64,000 nt of DNA from Ascidiella aspersa (GCA_963924565.1 OZ004609.1:33170001-33234000); one strand, 5' to 3'. Numbered from the stretch's first letter, positions 1 to 14,115 are shown. Notes: generated by a model not told the origin, from the sequence alone. Made by a program: numbers and translations.

Positions 1-107
1 TATCAGCTACAAAGAACATACTTTTTAACCCTTTTAACCTCGAAGTAACATATTAAAATACGCATAAATTTAGTATCAACTTAACAATCCGGTGGTTTCT
101 TATACAG

Positions 108-392
108 GAAGGAGAAAAACTGACAGCTTCTAACTTTGCGAGGAAGGTAGACACGAGAAAATTCAAAATGAGCGAGTTGATTCCCAGTGCTGGAAATATA
201 ATCCTGGTGCTGTACAGATGCCAAGGAAATCAATTCAAGGTCACGGCATTCCTTAACGAAAGGCCGGTCGCCCTTCGCGGCTGCGCCCAAGATCAAATGT
301 GCGACCTTGAAGTGGTCCTGAATCGCTACAGCGAGTTCGTTCGTGGGTCTGAGAATGAGTGCAATTTCGATCGTATATGTGAAAATCAGTGA
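108..392 (+). CDS. MINPP1: Terminal coding exon of multiple inositol polyphosphate phosphatase 1-like histidine phosphatase (upstream exons outside window)
   Basis: Acceptor tatacag|GAA at 107/108. Translation EGEKLTASNFARKVDTRKFKMSELIPSAGNIILVLYRC...FLNERPV...CDL...C matches the MINPP1 C-terminal pattern (LTAxN..RKF.S..IP.A.N...VLY.C). Stop TGA at 390-392. Confidence 0.85.
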   Translation, partial: EGEKLTASNFARKVDTRKFKMSELIPSAGNIILVLYRCQGNQFKVTAFLNERPVALRGCAQDQMCDLEVVLNRYSEFVRGSENECNFDRICENQ

Positions 393-1653
393 TCGGAATT
401 ATCAATTCTGAATGTTTATAGCAAATAGACCATGAAAAATAATACATTTATTTTATACTCTTGTACCATAATTAATCATTATAACTTCAAATATATCGTT
501 GGTAAGTTTTAACTATGAATGTTTGTAAAGAAAAAATAGACCAAGAAAAAAAAACACATTTATATACACAATAGTATTTTGTACCATGATCATTATAACT
601 TTAACAAATCGATGTCGAACTATCATTCTTGTGTGATCTTTTTTGGATATAAACCAAAGAATAACAAAGCTTCCCTCAGAAACGACTTACGGGGACTTTT
701 CCGCTCGTGTTTTTCGCCTCAACGTTGCGGTAATCTCGGTTTACACAATCTGGATCCGACATGATGCCAAGACTGGCGTCTTATGACGTCATAATCAACA
801 AGGTTCAAAAACAAGCAACATGCGCAAGTTCGGTTTTGTAAGGCCTAATGTTGCAGTAAAACAGTTACTGAGACGTTTGCAAATCGGTATAACAATTTCA
901 TTGATGACGTTACAATAGATCGTCCAATAAGAGGTTTAATTTAGGTATAATCGTAATGGTTATTTATAAGTTAGGAAAACCTTATTATAAAGTGTAGTGT
1001 GTCACCTAAAAGTTTGCAAATATTTTTTTAGCTCGGTTTTGAAAGCACTTAAAGACTGACCACGTGGAATTTTCCCGATTTTGACCAAGTTTACTTAACA
1101 ACCTCAAAGACAAGTTGGAGAATGTAGCATTGTATCTGGTTGCTTTTAAGGTGGCCACTGCGTTGAAAAGTTTGATATGCCCTGATGGGAATTTTAGATA
1201 AACTAATCCGCAATATCTCTAAATTGCAAAGTAAGAATGTAGAACGTGCTCAATTTAAGCCCACGCACAATTTTGTGGAGAAAGTTACTAGATTTAACTC
1301 GAGCAATTTGTTTTTTTTGCTTGCCAAAAGGCAAAGTTTTTAATGGTAAATGACTAGAAGACAAAATCCTCTAAATACCTTTTTCGGCATGTTCTAATAT
1401 TTCGTATTTCCAATTACGTTTTGACTCCGATAAATACTTTAAGCATTGCTGATTTCGGTAATATCATCTTACCCGCTGGTGCCTATACGTTCCTAGATTA
1501 AATTTATAAAAACAATGTTATGAATACAATGTACTGTAGATATTTTCCCTAATTCTATATTTTCTGAAATTTAATGCTCTGTATTTGTTCAGTAGGCCTA
1601 AGCCACGTTTGGTCGCATGCTCTGCGTTTGACCCCTGATTTCAAGTCTAAATG

Positions 1654-2004
1654 GGTTAACACTAATTTACGGAATGATGAATGGTCGGAACGCTCACTAA
1701 TTTAAGTGTTACCCTCGTTAAAACAATTATTAAACCAAAGCACAATATTTAGGTTAGCGTTTGGGTGAAGCTGGGTCAAGTGTTATTATATTTAATAATA
1801 ATACTTGACCTAACCAAACCCAAACGCTAACCCGCCCCTAACTTAAATAATAATGTGCGTTGTGGTAGGATTGTAGACCTGCGCCAAACAAAGGTACCCA
1901 AATATTGTGCGTTGGTTTAATAATTGTTTTAACGGGGTAACACTTAAATTAGTGAGCGTTCCGACCATTCCGACCATTCATCATTCTGTAAATTAGTGTT
2001 ACCC
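1654..2004. mobile_element. Hairpin MITE, Merlin/MULE-like, about 100-bp TIRs, 9-bp TSD
   Basis: TIR GG(T/G)TAACACTAATTTAC.GAATGATGAATGGTCGGAA at both ends. GTCTAAATG at 1645-1653 and 2005-2013. Internal GGGTTAG-containing hairpin shared with 38960-39850. Confidence 0.8.
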
Positions 2005-5000
2005 GTCTAAATGGTAGCATGGACTTTTAGTAATAGTTAAATGTGTTTTACATTTTTTTAGACCGTTTTTGTTATAAAAAGGTTTAAATAACAGTTAAAA
2101 ATTATACATTACTACCAAGAAATCGCCATTCAAATATAAATAAACTGAAACACAAATACCATTTAAACCGAAGCATTTCTGCACGAACTGTGGTGGACGA
2201 TACTCGAGAGGAAAAAGAGCCCAATTCGTCATTTTTATCACACTGGTTCATTTCGGAGAAGTCAATTTCAAACCATGCACAAAAGTTCGGTTAGACAACG
2301 CCCGGCGTATGTACCATATAATCCGGTCGCGCCCAAAACTCGCTTCATTTTAAGAATTATTTGCGAAAATGTCTATTTGGAAGTCAATGTCAAGTGGCCA
2401 CGTACGACGATGTGTATTGTAATCGAGTAATCCGCATTCCAACAAAACTGGTTCCTGACAAACTTTCTAAACCACGTATTTACGATAAGTGTAACTGTTT
2501 CCGTTTTTTTAGTGCTGGGTAAGTTTTGTTCAATTCTAAGTACAGTTGGCAAGTTTGCAGGTTGTGCAATTTCATAGACATGTCTATAATAATCCGAAAA
2601 TTATGCAAGTGGCGTAGCTGGGCGACACTTGATATGTTGGCGTCTAAGTCAATTTATCACGTCCCTGTACTAAATCCAACAATCTGCATTCCAACCAAAC
2701 TTGCTTAAAGGCAAATTCGGTTACGCCTTATTCTTTCACACCTTAATCTTCATAATATAATGCTTATGGTTTCATATAGCATATACCAAATTTGGTATTT
2801 GTAATTTTAACACAAATGACGGATGGTGCAAAGAGCTGTAAAAACCGTCTGCCCAGACTGAAAAAACTAAGTGGGTTTCCTGGGTGACATCTGATATATA
2901 TAGCTAGGGGCAGACTTGCAATTTAAAGACACTTGCATACGTTTATTTGCGGATAAGCAGACTGGAAAAAAGATCCTAAAATATACCCAGCTACCGTAAA
3001 GTAAAAAGCAAACTGCGACAACTAAAATATGCACACGTTTCTTGGAAATAGCCCAAAGTTAAGTTTAATCACTCATAGAAACATTCTGCTTTTAGAACTT
3101 GACATAATATAGTAGACCTTATAAAATGGTCTAAAGTTCGTACTAAATTGGGTATTGAGAAGTCGGGCTTGTAAAGGACTGAACCAAAGCCAAAAGCACG
3201 TCGAGGTAATATTACATGTTTATTTTCATTTGGCAAAAAATGGGTAGCACGTTAGGAAAGGCTGTGATAGCCGTATAAGGATTTTAAAATCTTCGTATGT
3301 CGTTCTTCGTGACGCGGTTTCTCCCAAACGTAAATCCCCGGTTCGGTTTGTCGTTTTTTTGGCAGCTGCTTTTTTTGATTTCTAAAGCGATAAAAGACGG
3401 CGAGCACACACACGCGCAAGCACAGATACTAACACAGACACATACACACACACGCAGGAACATATCGTCTCAGATACAGTGTGGGCTACATATATTACGA
3501 CAGGCTGTAGAGATGTAATGTATAGGCTTCCTTGCCCTACCAGACATTACACAAAAATTCAAGACCTTTATTGCAAGCTATACGGTTTCATACGAACGAT
3601 GAGGCGGACTTCGCTATGCGATCGTTATCGCAAAGTCGAAAACAACCAGAAGCGTACATGGTATTGCGAGCATACAAATGCATTAGTGCCGGTTTTGCCG
3701 TTGTGCCAAAGAGAAATAACTATGAAGGTTTAATATACGAAAAGTTAAGCGAAAAAATGCGAAAAATCGTTGCGTGTACACAGTCATTTAGGACGGTTAC
3801 GCAACGTAAACAGAAAATTCGTCTTCTTTATAGTGCTGAAGAATAATATATGAATACCAGCTCATACAAAGATCGATAAAGACTTAATGGTGGCGAATAT
3901 TTTTTTAACACCTTCGCCGGCCTAACAGGATTTTTTTTTGAAGGGCATATATTACACAGAGGTCAAACCAAGTTGTTTTTGTTGATACGTCGGGTGAAAA
4001 TAATTAGCTCGGACGAATACTCGCCTGGCGTACGGTTGCGGCTTAGAATTACGTTCCTAATCGCGTGCTCTGTGAAATGCGATCCTTTGCCGGGAAATAA
4101 AGTTAACTTTTATGCGTTTGTCTGGATTATTTTGCCGACATAGTCAGACGGTTCGGCGATTTCCTATGACATAATACATCGTTTTGGGTCGAAATTCGAT
4201 ATTTTCCACCAAGTAAAACGTTGGCGGTTATGTTATTTTAGTGGCAATTGTATGAAACAACAAAACGTTCCAACACGGTTAGTTGAAAAAATCGAAGGAT
4301 GATACAATGGGGAATTCAACCCTATAAACGTCACGGTAATACACCAACTTGTGACTGGCACCATGTTTTTCAAGGCCTAAAATTGGAGCGAGCCTTATCT
4401 ATCGCCCGACGAAACGCCGGAAGGTTAGTGTGTTGTGGTGCGCGGAAACCTTGCGATTGAGAATATAAAGGGGAGGCTTGTTGCTAGAGTTTGCAGTCGT
4501 CGGGCGAGGCAGGTGCGAGAATCGATGATTGCCACTTGCAGAACCTTGCATTGGCAAATGACAGACAGTTTCGTCGCTTTTGGCGAAATTGAGTGGCTTA
4601 AGTTGACGTTGAAGCTGAGGTGGCACCGTTGGTGTTAGGTGTTGGAAACTTATGTTTGATTGTGATCTAATGGAAGCTTTTTAGAGACTCGCTATCGACT
4701 GATTCGGTAAAAAAGTCACAAGAACACTTATTAAACATTTCGAGCGTTAATTGCATTCCAAGCCAGCGATGGACGTTAATTTGTTACGTCAAAGAACGCT
4801 TTATTAAGCTTGTCCAGAAAACAATTGGTAATTTTAACGTTCCGCTTGTGTGCGACAGCTACTGCAATGACGTAACACATATTCGACGCGATCGACGTGT
4901 TGGCTACCCCTGGTATATCTAAATACTTCGTGTCGCAATACCACCTGGATGTTATGAATCGAGTTGAAGTGTTAATGCTATATGCGCACATGATAAGTAG

Positions 5001-5618
5001 TCGAGTTTGACACGCGCATGCAATCATTCATACTTTAAAATGACATATATTGCTTGAAGGCCTTGAAAGTCCAGAAGTTAAATTTGGAATGAATATCAAA
5101 GTATGATATACAAGTGTTCCAAATAAGAATATTATTCGAAACCTTAAAAGTAGGCTACCAACTAAAGTATGGACTTTAATATTAAAACACACTGTAATCG
5201 ATTGTGACACTTTTGGTCATTTGAAGCTGACGTATATCGTTTTTATATGTATAGTTGAAGAAACACGTTTAGTTTTTGAAAATAGCAGTATTAGGCTACT
5301 TGGGGTGCATTTGGCTTTTTTTCGTTCAGGCTAACGGGTGATAATGCTGTAAATATAACAAGGCTTGCAACAGACTAAAGAACAACTACTATTAAATATG
5401 AAGTACATTTGTCGAGTAAAAAAGCTCATAGTGTTTTTCTGATTTTATAGAGCCAGTTTATGATGAGATAGACATTTATGTTCCCGATGAATATAGATTG
5501 TTTTTATTACCCCCAACGCATTTCAAAGTAAACATCATTAAAATAATTCAAAGTGAAGTTACCGACAAAAAAGAACCTTTACTCAGAGCGGGCGTTTTCG
5601 GTTAGCATGCGTAATCAC

Positions 5619-6248
5619 TAGGGCCCGCAAAAGTCAATAAAGTTACAATTTTTTAAGGAGCTCGTCTGTCCACGAATCAAAGAATAAAGTTGTTTTCAGC
5701 ACCTAGGGTCTAAGAAGTTTATAGGTTAAAATAAAGTTAAAATTCACACTAAAGTCAAAATTTTCAATAATGTCAAAATTTGTCCAATCATGGCTTTTGA
5801 CAAATTTTTTTGGGTTTCTTGAGAGTAATTTTTGTAAAAATCGCCATGGAAGCATCGTAAATCAGGAACTGCGGCCCAATTAAACCATATTAACCTATTA
5901 AAGCAGGAAATATGTAACAATGCCCGCTTGGATCAGCAGTAACTTTTATCGCAAACTGTTCATTTTTTTATTCATAGTTACGCATTTAAAAAATTCTTAT
6001 AAAACACTTCCTCTTCATAGAGGTGGTCTTTTCGTTTTTTTAAATGAATAAAACACCTTGACTTTGCGACAAAATATTACGTTTGGGTATGAAATCGACA
6101 AAATATTATGTTTGGGTAACTGGCATCAATTCACGGAAGAACTGTGGCCTCTACAAATAAGCAATTTCGTTAGATTAAAATAAAGTTAAAATTTGATAAA
6201 AATAAAGTTAAAAAATTGTTTTTTTAGGTTAAAATAAAAATAGCCCTA
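5619..6248. mobile_element. Non-autonomous hAT-type element
   Basis: Termini TAGGGC...GCCCTA; perfect 8-bp TSD GTAATCAC (5611-5618, 6249-6256); subterminal AATAAAGTTAAA repeats. Confidence 0.75.
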
Positions 6249-6415
6249 GTAATCACGCATGCATAATCACGCTTTTAAGACAAGGCGTGGCACTCCTATG
6301 GATAATTTTTTAGCATGAAGGCTAAAGAAACTGTACGCTTACATCTACCACAAAATAAATAATCAGGGTAAGATTTAAGATTTTTGCAAGTTTGCAAAAA
6401 ACGGTTAGGTATAGG

Positions 6416-6559
6416 CAGTGTTTTTTTAAGGTGTTTTGAAAAATTTCTCCAGCGGTTTCCCTAATTTTGGACTTGCAACTTTTTGGTATTTAAATGAAAC
6501 ACTTGCGGTCTCTTAAAACTACTTAGCGGTCACCCAAACCAAACCTTATAAAACTCCTG
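6416..6559. mobile_element. Short hAT-type MITE
   Basis: CAG...CTG termini; perfect TSD GGTATAGG (6408-6415, 6560-6567); right half recurs at about 39849-39933. Confidence 0.75.
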
Positions 6560-7606
6560 GGTATAGGCTACCCCTTGTTATAAAAAGTAGACCAGTCAAC
6601 TCAGGACGCAAGTCTATGTTGCACTGCATATTTACAGGCACTCATAGATGCGAGATAACTCAAAGGTCGTTTTGTGGTTTAGTTTGCAGGGCGGCGATCT
6701 ATCGCAACAAGCCAACTCGAATGGCATTTCGATCGCATTTTAGATGTGAAAGAAAACCGCGCTTTACCAGGGAGTGCGGCTTCGAGCTTGAAAGCCAATA
6801 AGAATGAGATCCAATTTAGGGCTGATTTTAGAAATTGGATTTTAAGTGGCGTTTTCGCGTTATACCATCATGGAAACTTGTGCTCGGAAACGCCTGCGTT
6901 TTTTCTGTTTAGTTCATAAACTTATGGGCTACGGCAAAATGGATAGGAGTACTTATTGAAAAAAAAGAGCAGTTGGGCTAGGTATGCTAGAATGTTTATT
7001 AGATATTTTTGCTTTTCTATAGCGAACCATTGAGTAAAATATATTGAATAGTGTTTGGTTAGGTACGTAGTATGTTTGTTGTAGTTTATAGGTATGAAGT
7101 CAAAATCTCTTGCCTAAGATTATATACTATAGGCAAAGCGGCCAAAGATATATCACTGAGACAAGAAACTTCCTTTTGTCATCAATTGACTTGAAATACA
7201 AAACTGTAACTCTGTAGTCCATGTCATATCTGCACATGCGCGGTGAATACTTATTAAGAAATGGCGTACATCCTAATTAATGTAAATTGAGTTTTTTTAC
7301 TGCTTTTTATTTGAAACTTTTAACAGTCTCGTTATAAAACATGACTTGTTCCGATGTACAAATCGTGACAGACTGCTCGAAGCCGCATTTAGATTGCTTT
7401 GGCAAACCGCGAAATTTCGCGCAGGAAATCAATCCTTCCTCGGTCGCATTAGGCTTATGAGACAGAATCTCTCGCTTATGAGTCAACGTCGAAGTGCCAC
7501 AATCCAACCGCAACCACTAGCGTGTAATGTTTTCCAGGTATACGGCAGGTTTTTAGACTGTTGACAATACACACACGAGCACGCAAGCACACCACACCAG
7601 CACAAG

Positions 7607-10600
7607 ATGGCGGCCACAAGACTCTTCGCACTTCTCTTGGCGACGGGAATTTCCGGGAGCTTTGGTAAGTTTTTGAAGGTTTGGCCGTTCATGTGCAATC
7701 GCCGCTTACTATCTTATAGCGCCGGTCTTCGCCGCATCCATACGCATAAGACTTTCACGTGCATGCGAGCTTTTTCTTGTCCTTGGTTTACCTTACAACA
7801 TGCCATAATGGTGGTATCATCCCTTGCTTTTGGTCAGGTCTGTAAGCAAGTCATTTTGAAATGACTTAAATTCCAGTCAAGTCACTTGTAAAAAAAAGTC
7901 CGAGAAAACTTAAGAACTCAAGTCCAAGTCAATAAATGACAATTGTAAATAAATGATTGGAAAGATGACAAATCAAGTCAAGCCCCAGACAACTCATAAT
8001 TAGAGCAAGTCAAGTCCTTGTCATAAAATCAAACGTTAAACTATTAGAATTGGTAAATTAGTCCGATTGTGAGGAATACCCTCCAATAAGAAAAAAAAAC
8101 ATATTTAAAGCAAAATGTTTTATGCGCAAAACCTAAAATAAATAATTCAATTTTATGTCAAGTCATTTTGTCTAAAAGATTCAAGTCAAGTCAAGCCATT
8201 TGAAAACTGCCACTTAAAGTCATTACAGCACTGCTTTTGGTATAAACACATTGTTTTCGGTATTTTAACATTTGCTATTTTCTTCATTGCAATCTTTCTC
8301 AATCCACGGGTCTTCACCACAAATTGGGTCTCTGACTGCAGTAGTTTTATGTGATTAGATTTATTGCGATTGGCTCTGAACAGATTTCTCCCATACTTTG
8401 AGTTTTATCCGACGTTTCGACTTTCTAACGTTCGGTGTATCTAACGTCGTATAAAACAAAAAGTACCAGAAGACTTTATTTTCAGTAAATATACTATGGC
8501 TGGTAGCAACAAAATATGTACCCTCTATATATCTTCACTTGTATTCGGCTGTGTTCCGACCTAATTAGTTTGGTTAGGCTGCTTATTTTAAGGCCAGTTG
8601 AAGGTTAAAAAAAGTTAAAAAATCTTTAATTAGACAACTCATAACACACGTACGGTCAGCGCTCATTGGTTCATCAAGAAGTTGTCAGCTGTTGACCCTA
8701 TGGTTATTTAAGCCTGTAAATAAAACCTTAAAATGACTAAATAACTTTCGAAAACCGCTGCTGTCGCATCAACGCTTCAAAACAACACAAAACACACAAA
8801 CGCGCTTTTCTGCCTGACAAGTTTTTTGAAATCAAAAACGCCTATCTAGATGCAAGCTTTGAAATGCCCATCATATATGCTTTGACGTTTGTTAAGTTCT
8901 GTATGCAAAATGGCGTCTGAATAACGGATGAAAACATGTCGTAAGAGGCTTCGAATGCGCAAGTTTCTGCTTTACAAGAAGAGAGTTGGAATGGAAAATC
9001 TTCCTGCTTCTTTCGGTCTTGATGCAAGCGAATGAAAACTGCTCTGGCGTACTTGTAATGATATCCCCATTCGCCATAATCAAATCGATTATGTTGCTTG
9101 TATATAGGCAGATGGAACATTACAAAAATCGCTACCTTGGACTCCAACCGTACATTGGTGACAGGTATGGAAGACAAGCAGAATGAAAGAGTAAATTAAA
9201 CAAAACAACAGAAAGTGATACTTAACAACTGTTGGCTTAAACTCTTATAAGATAATGGAAAAAGTTGACATAATGATCCGGATTAACAAGGTTTTATCTT
9301 TAGTTATATTTTTGGACACGTAAGGCTCCCTTATCCTCCATGTATATTCCCATCAAGCATTTTAAATACCCTGTTTTGTACAAGTGTTGGTGTTTAAGGC
9401 ATATTGAACCGTTGAAAGCACTTAGGCTGCGAAATGTCTTTTTTGGGGGTACATCTCTAAAGGAATAGTATTTTGGATTAAATGTTAATGTAATGATTGT
9501 ATGTAATGCAAAACTACATAGTAGGACAGATGTAATAATCTATATAGTTAGTTACCAACTGTGGAAATCAGGGCTGCGGAGTCGGATAAAAATAACCCGA
9601 GTCCGACTCCGGCCAAATGTTTTTGTCGAGTCCCGAGTCCAGCCCGGACTCAGCCTGTATTTCACCAATTTACGTAACTAAAATAATGTGGATATTCCGC
9701 AATCTACATATAGGGGTGTCGTGGAATTCATTCACTCACAATACATGGTTGGAAAATATTCCACCATATAATATTCCACCTTTACAATTTCCATTTGGCG
9801 GCCATATCAGTTTTAAAATTTGGTACTGCGCATGCGCATGTCGGACTCGGGACTCAGGTAGTTTTACGAGGTCTTACTCGAGTCCTGAGTCCGACTCCAG
9901 CAAAAACAAACCGACTCCTCGAGTCCCGAGTCCGACTCCGCAGCCCTGGTAGAAATGCGAAAAAAAAACTTTGAAGCAACACACTCCAATAGTACGTTTA
10001 AATTACGGCAAATGCTCGTAATTTTACTGACTGTTTGAGCAGGCATAGTTTTTGGCTCGAAAATTCAGAAATTCTTAAAGGTCGTCTACATTTCCCTATT
10101 TAGTATTAGAAACAAATAATTCCAAAACCTACTTGCGATAAATGACGTCAGTTTAAAAGCTTGAGCGGCTATTCCAACTAAACTGTCAATAATATACTAT
10201 GTTTTACGGCCCAAAAAATAATGGAAACGGGTGCAACAGCCAGAGTCTAAGACTGTTTGGTTAAATATACGCCAAACTGGAATTATCATAAATTTTGAGA
10301 AAATGTTACTGCTTATCACCTTTTATTTTAAGCAACATTTTCAATCGTCATTATTCATGTTTTTGGTGTCTTGGCTACACTTTTAGCTGTGCGAAGGCCT
10401 TTTCAGGTAACGATCCATCAGGGATTCAGGGGATTGGCAACGTACGGCCCGCAACCTTTTTGTAAACTGTCGGAATTTCAGTTTAATACCGGCCCTAAAA
10501 CGGCTGACAAACGTAAAACAACATAAAATATCTCGTTAATCTTGTTGTGACAATTAAAAAAGATAATGTTGTTATGCATTTGTTTTCGTCATAAACTGTC

Positions 10601-13600
10601 AAGTCAAAAGGTATTCTTAAATACACCATAAAACCACACTTTTTGAAAAGGAAATTGTTAGTTTAAAATTATTGACTTGCTAAGTTAGTTGTTTGGAAAA
10701 GGATCCTGACCACTAAACTGTATTATCATCGTTTCATTTTCATCTCGCAATAGAATCTAAGGACGTAAAAACAACATCTTTCTTTGTCTTTTTTCAGCTC
10801 ATCAACCGTTAAGTGAGAGCGAAATCTCGGACATGTATTTTGTCCACAGTCCGCGCTTTACTTTCATGGATGAGGACAAGGACGGCGTCCTTTCGGCGGA
10901 TGAGATCAAGTCAAACTATCGGATTTACATGGCCAACAGTGAGCGTTTTTCTGAACCGAAAAACATACTGTTTTGACACAATGTTTTTATTATTTTTTGT
11001 CAAACTGCATTTAACACTTTCTTGACACACAACAAATCCACTTTTTTGGGTAAAATTTGTTTTTTTCCCTTTGTTTTTTTCAGCTGATGTAGGCTGCCGT
11101 TTATAAAAACTATAAAATTGAAATAATTTTTCATAATTTTAATAAATATAAATTCCCAACAGCATTACTTTTTCACTGTCTTTATCAAATATATATTTTG
11201 TAGCAGCCCGATAAACTGCAATTTTTAGATTGCTGACAACATTTGCTTTACGTTGCTGGGTCCGGTATAAAATGCAGGGGTTTATACCACTTTTTTGGCC
11301 ACTCGTAACTGGTGATCTGGAAGTTAAATTCGCATGTAATTTCTTTCTGCTGCAAATAAAGCCCTTGATTCTGGCGCAACGATTTTAGGGAAAGTAGATA
11401 TAAGTCGCTAGAAAATTTATGAGATATACAGCAATATATCTGGTGGGCATTGGAGGTGGCGTCTTATAAAAATAAACGATAGTTGAACACTTAAGAAGAT
11501 TTTCAGTTCCACCTAATCTCTGATGTGAACAGTTAAGGACTGTCTATGAATCACATTTCTAGAGATAATCTTAGTATCTACAGAACGATGATACATATCA
11601 ACGATCAACATTGCTGGCATTCGCAAAAAGATGCAATCTAGTAACCCATGATATTTATCATGTTTAGAACTTCAATAAAGATTTTGCAATTTGTGTGACA
11701 AAAAGACATAATTAATATTTAAACAAATATTTTTTTTGAGCCATTTTCAACGCTTTATTATTTCTAGGAGGAAGATTTTGCGACATGGAGTTCATTTGCG
11801 ACCATAACAGCGATGGAATTGTGACTCGTTTTGAGAATAGCAAGTGCATTGTCGAGTATTTCAGAACAACTATTTTCCCGGTAAGTTGGTAATATGGTCA
11901 TATTGACCTGTGAACTGTAACAACGCAATATTCTCGATAATAAAGAGACTTCTGAGCTGGTTAATAAACCCAGTTTAATTATATTATAAATCTCCATTTT
12001 ATACTTCTTCTATCGGAGATTTACGTTCATAAATAAATGGACATATGCTAGGTTTATAAAAAAGTGCCAACCTTGAAATGGAAAAAAATCGGTAATACTT
12101 GCTTAACTAAAAAGCGAAAACATAGATGGGTACATTATGCACGGATCTGTAATGTAGCTTCATAATAAATTCAGTCACACTAACTGAAGATGATACAAGT
12201 TCGTATTGAAACGTCTTAATCAAGATGCTTTCGATCTACTCGACCTTTTAGCTTTGAAATTTATTATTAAGAAAACATAGATGTTTTAAAGTATTTTCAA
12301 TTTATGTCTAGGTTTAGAATCTCTTCTATATCGACATTTGGTTTTGTTTCCTTTCCGGTTAGTTTTATTTCAATAACGTGATTGTCTTATTTTCGTTTTT
12401 ACTCCAGATTCTTAAAAAAACCTAACGTTCAGTTTATTTCTATGTAGTTTGTTGTACCTTGCAAAATTTATTAATGATAAAATAAACTCAATTCACGTGG
12501 AACAACGCCGCGTTGCGAAAAAGAAGCATTGTGCTTTTAATGGCAATACAATGCTGTTTCAAAACAAAAATAATCCGGAACGAACAAGGTTTCAAAGTGT
12601 AAGCACTTCTTAAATAATACATCACATATTTTCAGTTTGATTTCTGCTTCAACATGGCCTATACTTGGCAAGCAATAATGTTTTGTAAAGTTTTGCCCAG
12701 GGCATGAGTGTTGTGAGAAACGCAAAATCGTTATTGAATCGTTCACTTACGTTTTCGTGAAAACATGCTCAAAACTCATAATTCCATATACCAGGCCTAG
12801 ACAACTCAAACTGGTGCGCTACACGAAAAACAATAAGCTGGCCGCATATCAGCGATGTGAGCAATGTAACGCGTAAACAATTCAATATACTCGATGATGG
12901 AAACGACTTGTTGGAGAAAGTAAAACTGGGTTCGGCCCGCCAGTGTATATCACCCCATCCTCTTTGGCCTCTTTTGCAAACTGGAACGAATTTTCGACTG
13001 TTTGAACTATACGTAAATGCAAACAAATTTCCCAAAATGCGCGAATTTTACTGACTTTCAACTGTTTTTCTGTTTGAATTAATTTTATGTGTTTTAGGTT
13101 AGTCTTATTACAAAACGAAATGAATAAGAAAGCATCTTTTTGTGTGCAAGCGGGCACGTCTCCTTCTATATTATAAGTTTTGGTAATATAAATCAAACAA
13201 ACGCCTTTTTTGCGCTTTGCGTGTTGCATGACTTATTGAGCGCAAGTACAAATTGTCAATGTATAAAAATCCTGCATACCTGTTCATTTAGAGCAGTGGC
13301 TCTCAAACTGGGGTCCGCGAGACAATTTTCTGAGACCGCGAAGCACCTAACAAAAATCAACTAGACCTCCTGAAGGAGAACATTTTAATTTCAACGTGTT
13401 TGCGCTCGTCATCAAAAGCTACAGTTAGTTGTTCATTCACGTGATTGCATTCTTTGAGCTGAATTGTACATTGTGACGTCATAATGATGCTTTGTGCTAA
13501 TAAGAATTACGTTTCTACAGCTTGCTGTGCTGCCATTGTGGCTTGTACGGTCGCGGTTTTAAAACTTAACATGATTGGTTATCTGATCAAAGGGGAGATT

Positions 13601-14115
13601 TATGAGATTTATAGAAATTAAAGCTCTGTCCACTGGACCAAATCGAATTGAATGTTACACTGGGGACCAAAAAAAAAAGCTTCACTCAAATAAAGTGAAT
13701 TTGTTAGCGTTACAATACTTAATACGGCATCAATTAACAAGCCTACCTAAGACTGTAAGTGCACCCGTCCCATCCAAACGTGTTATTTTATGTTTATTTG
13801 TGTGGTTTTACAAAAAAAAAACAGTTTAAAAAAAGAATGCTCGCTAACTTGTTATCCCTTGTATTTTTCTGTAAGATGCTTGACGTCGATCAAAACGGCT
13901 TGATCGGTCAGGTGGAACGGCCTCGAATCAAGGCACTCACCGAGGAATATTTTTTCCGCCTGGGGGCGACCGAGGTCGATTGGATCCTGGACTATTGTGA
14001 CGTCAACAAAGACGGCGATATTGACTTCAGCGAGATGCTGCATGTCGACGCTGAACTGACCAACCTCGATTTGCTCAGGCTTAAATTTACATTATCGCCC
14101 CCGGTCGCCACCTAG
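7607..14115 (+). CDS. Secreted four-EF-hand calcium-binding protein, 183 aa; exons 7607-7664, 10798-10938, 11768-11880, 13876-14115
   Basis: GT-AG exons are phase-consistent (1,1,0) and total 552 nt. Signal peptide MAATRLFALLLATGISGSFA. Four EF loops: DEDKDGVLSADE, DHNSDGIVTRFE, DVDQNGLIGQVE, DVNKDGDIDFSE. AATAAA near 14216. Confidence 0.88.
7835..8233. mobile_element. hAT-type MITE with CAAGTC subrepeats, in EF-hand gene intron 1
   Basis: CAGGTCTGTAA...TTACAGCACTG termini; perfect TSD CTTTTGGT (7827-7834, 8234-8241); related inverted copy at about 28919-29260. Confidence 0.78.
9569..9948. mobile_element. hAT-type MITE with GAGTCC/GGACTC subterminal repeats
   Basis: TIR CAGGGCTGCGGAGTCGGA / TCCGACTCCGCAGCCCTG; TSD GTGGAAAT vs GTAGAAAT (7/8). 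Confidence 0.85.

Noticed and set aside
8842-9186. Three overlapping ORFs in EF-hand intron 1 as a nested gene or LINE remnant
   Set aside because: No recognisable motif and no consistent splice partners.
12769-13229. Overlapping ORFs and a minus-strand GTAAG donor in EF-hand intron 3
   Set aside because: Every frame has stops before the donor and no homology is recognisable.
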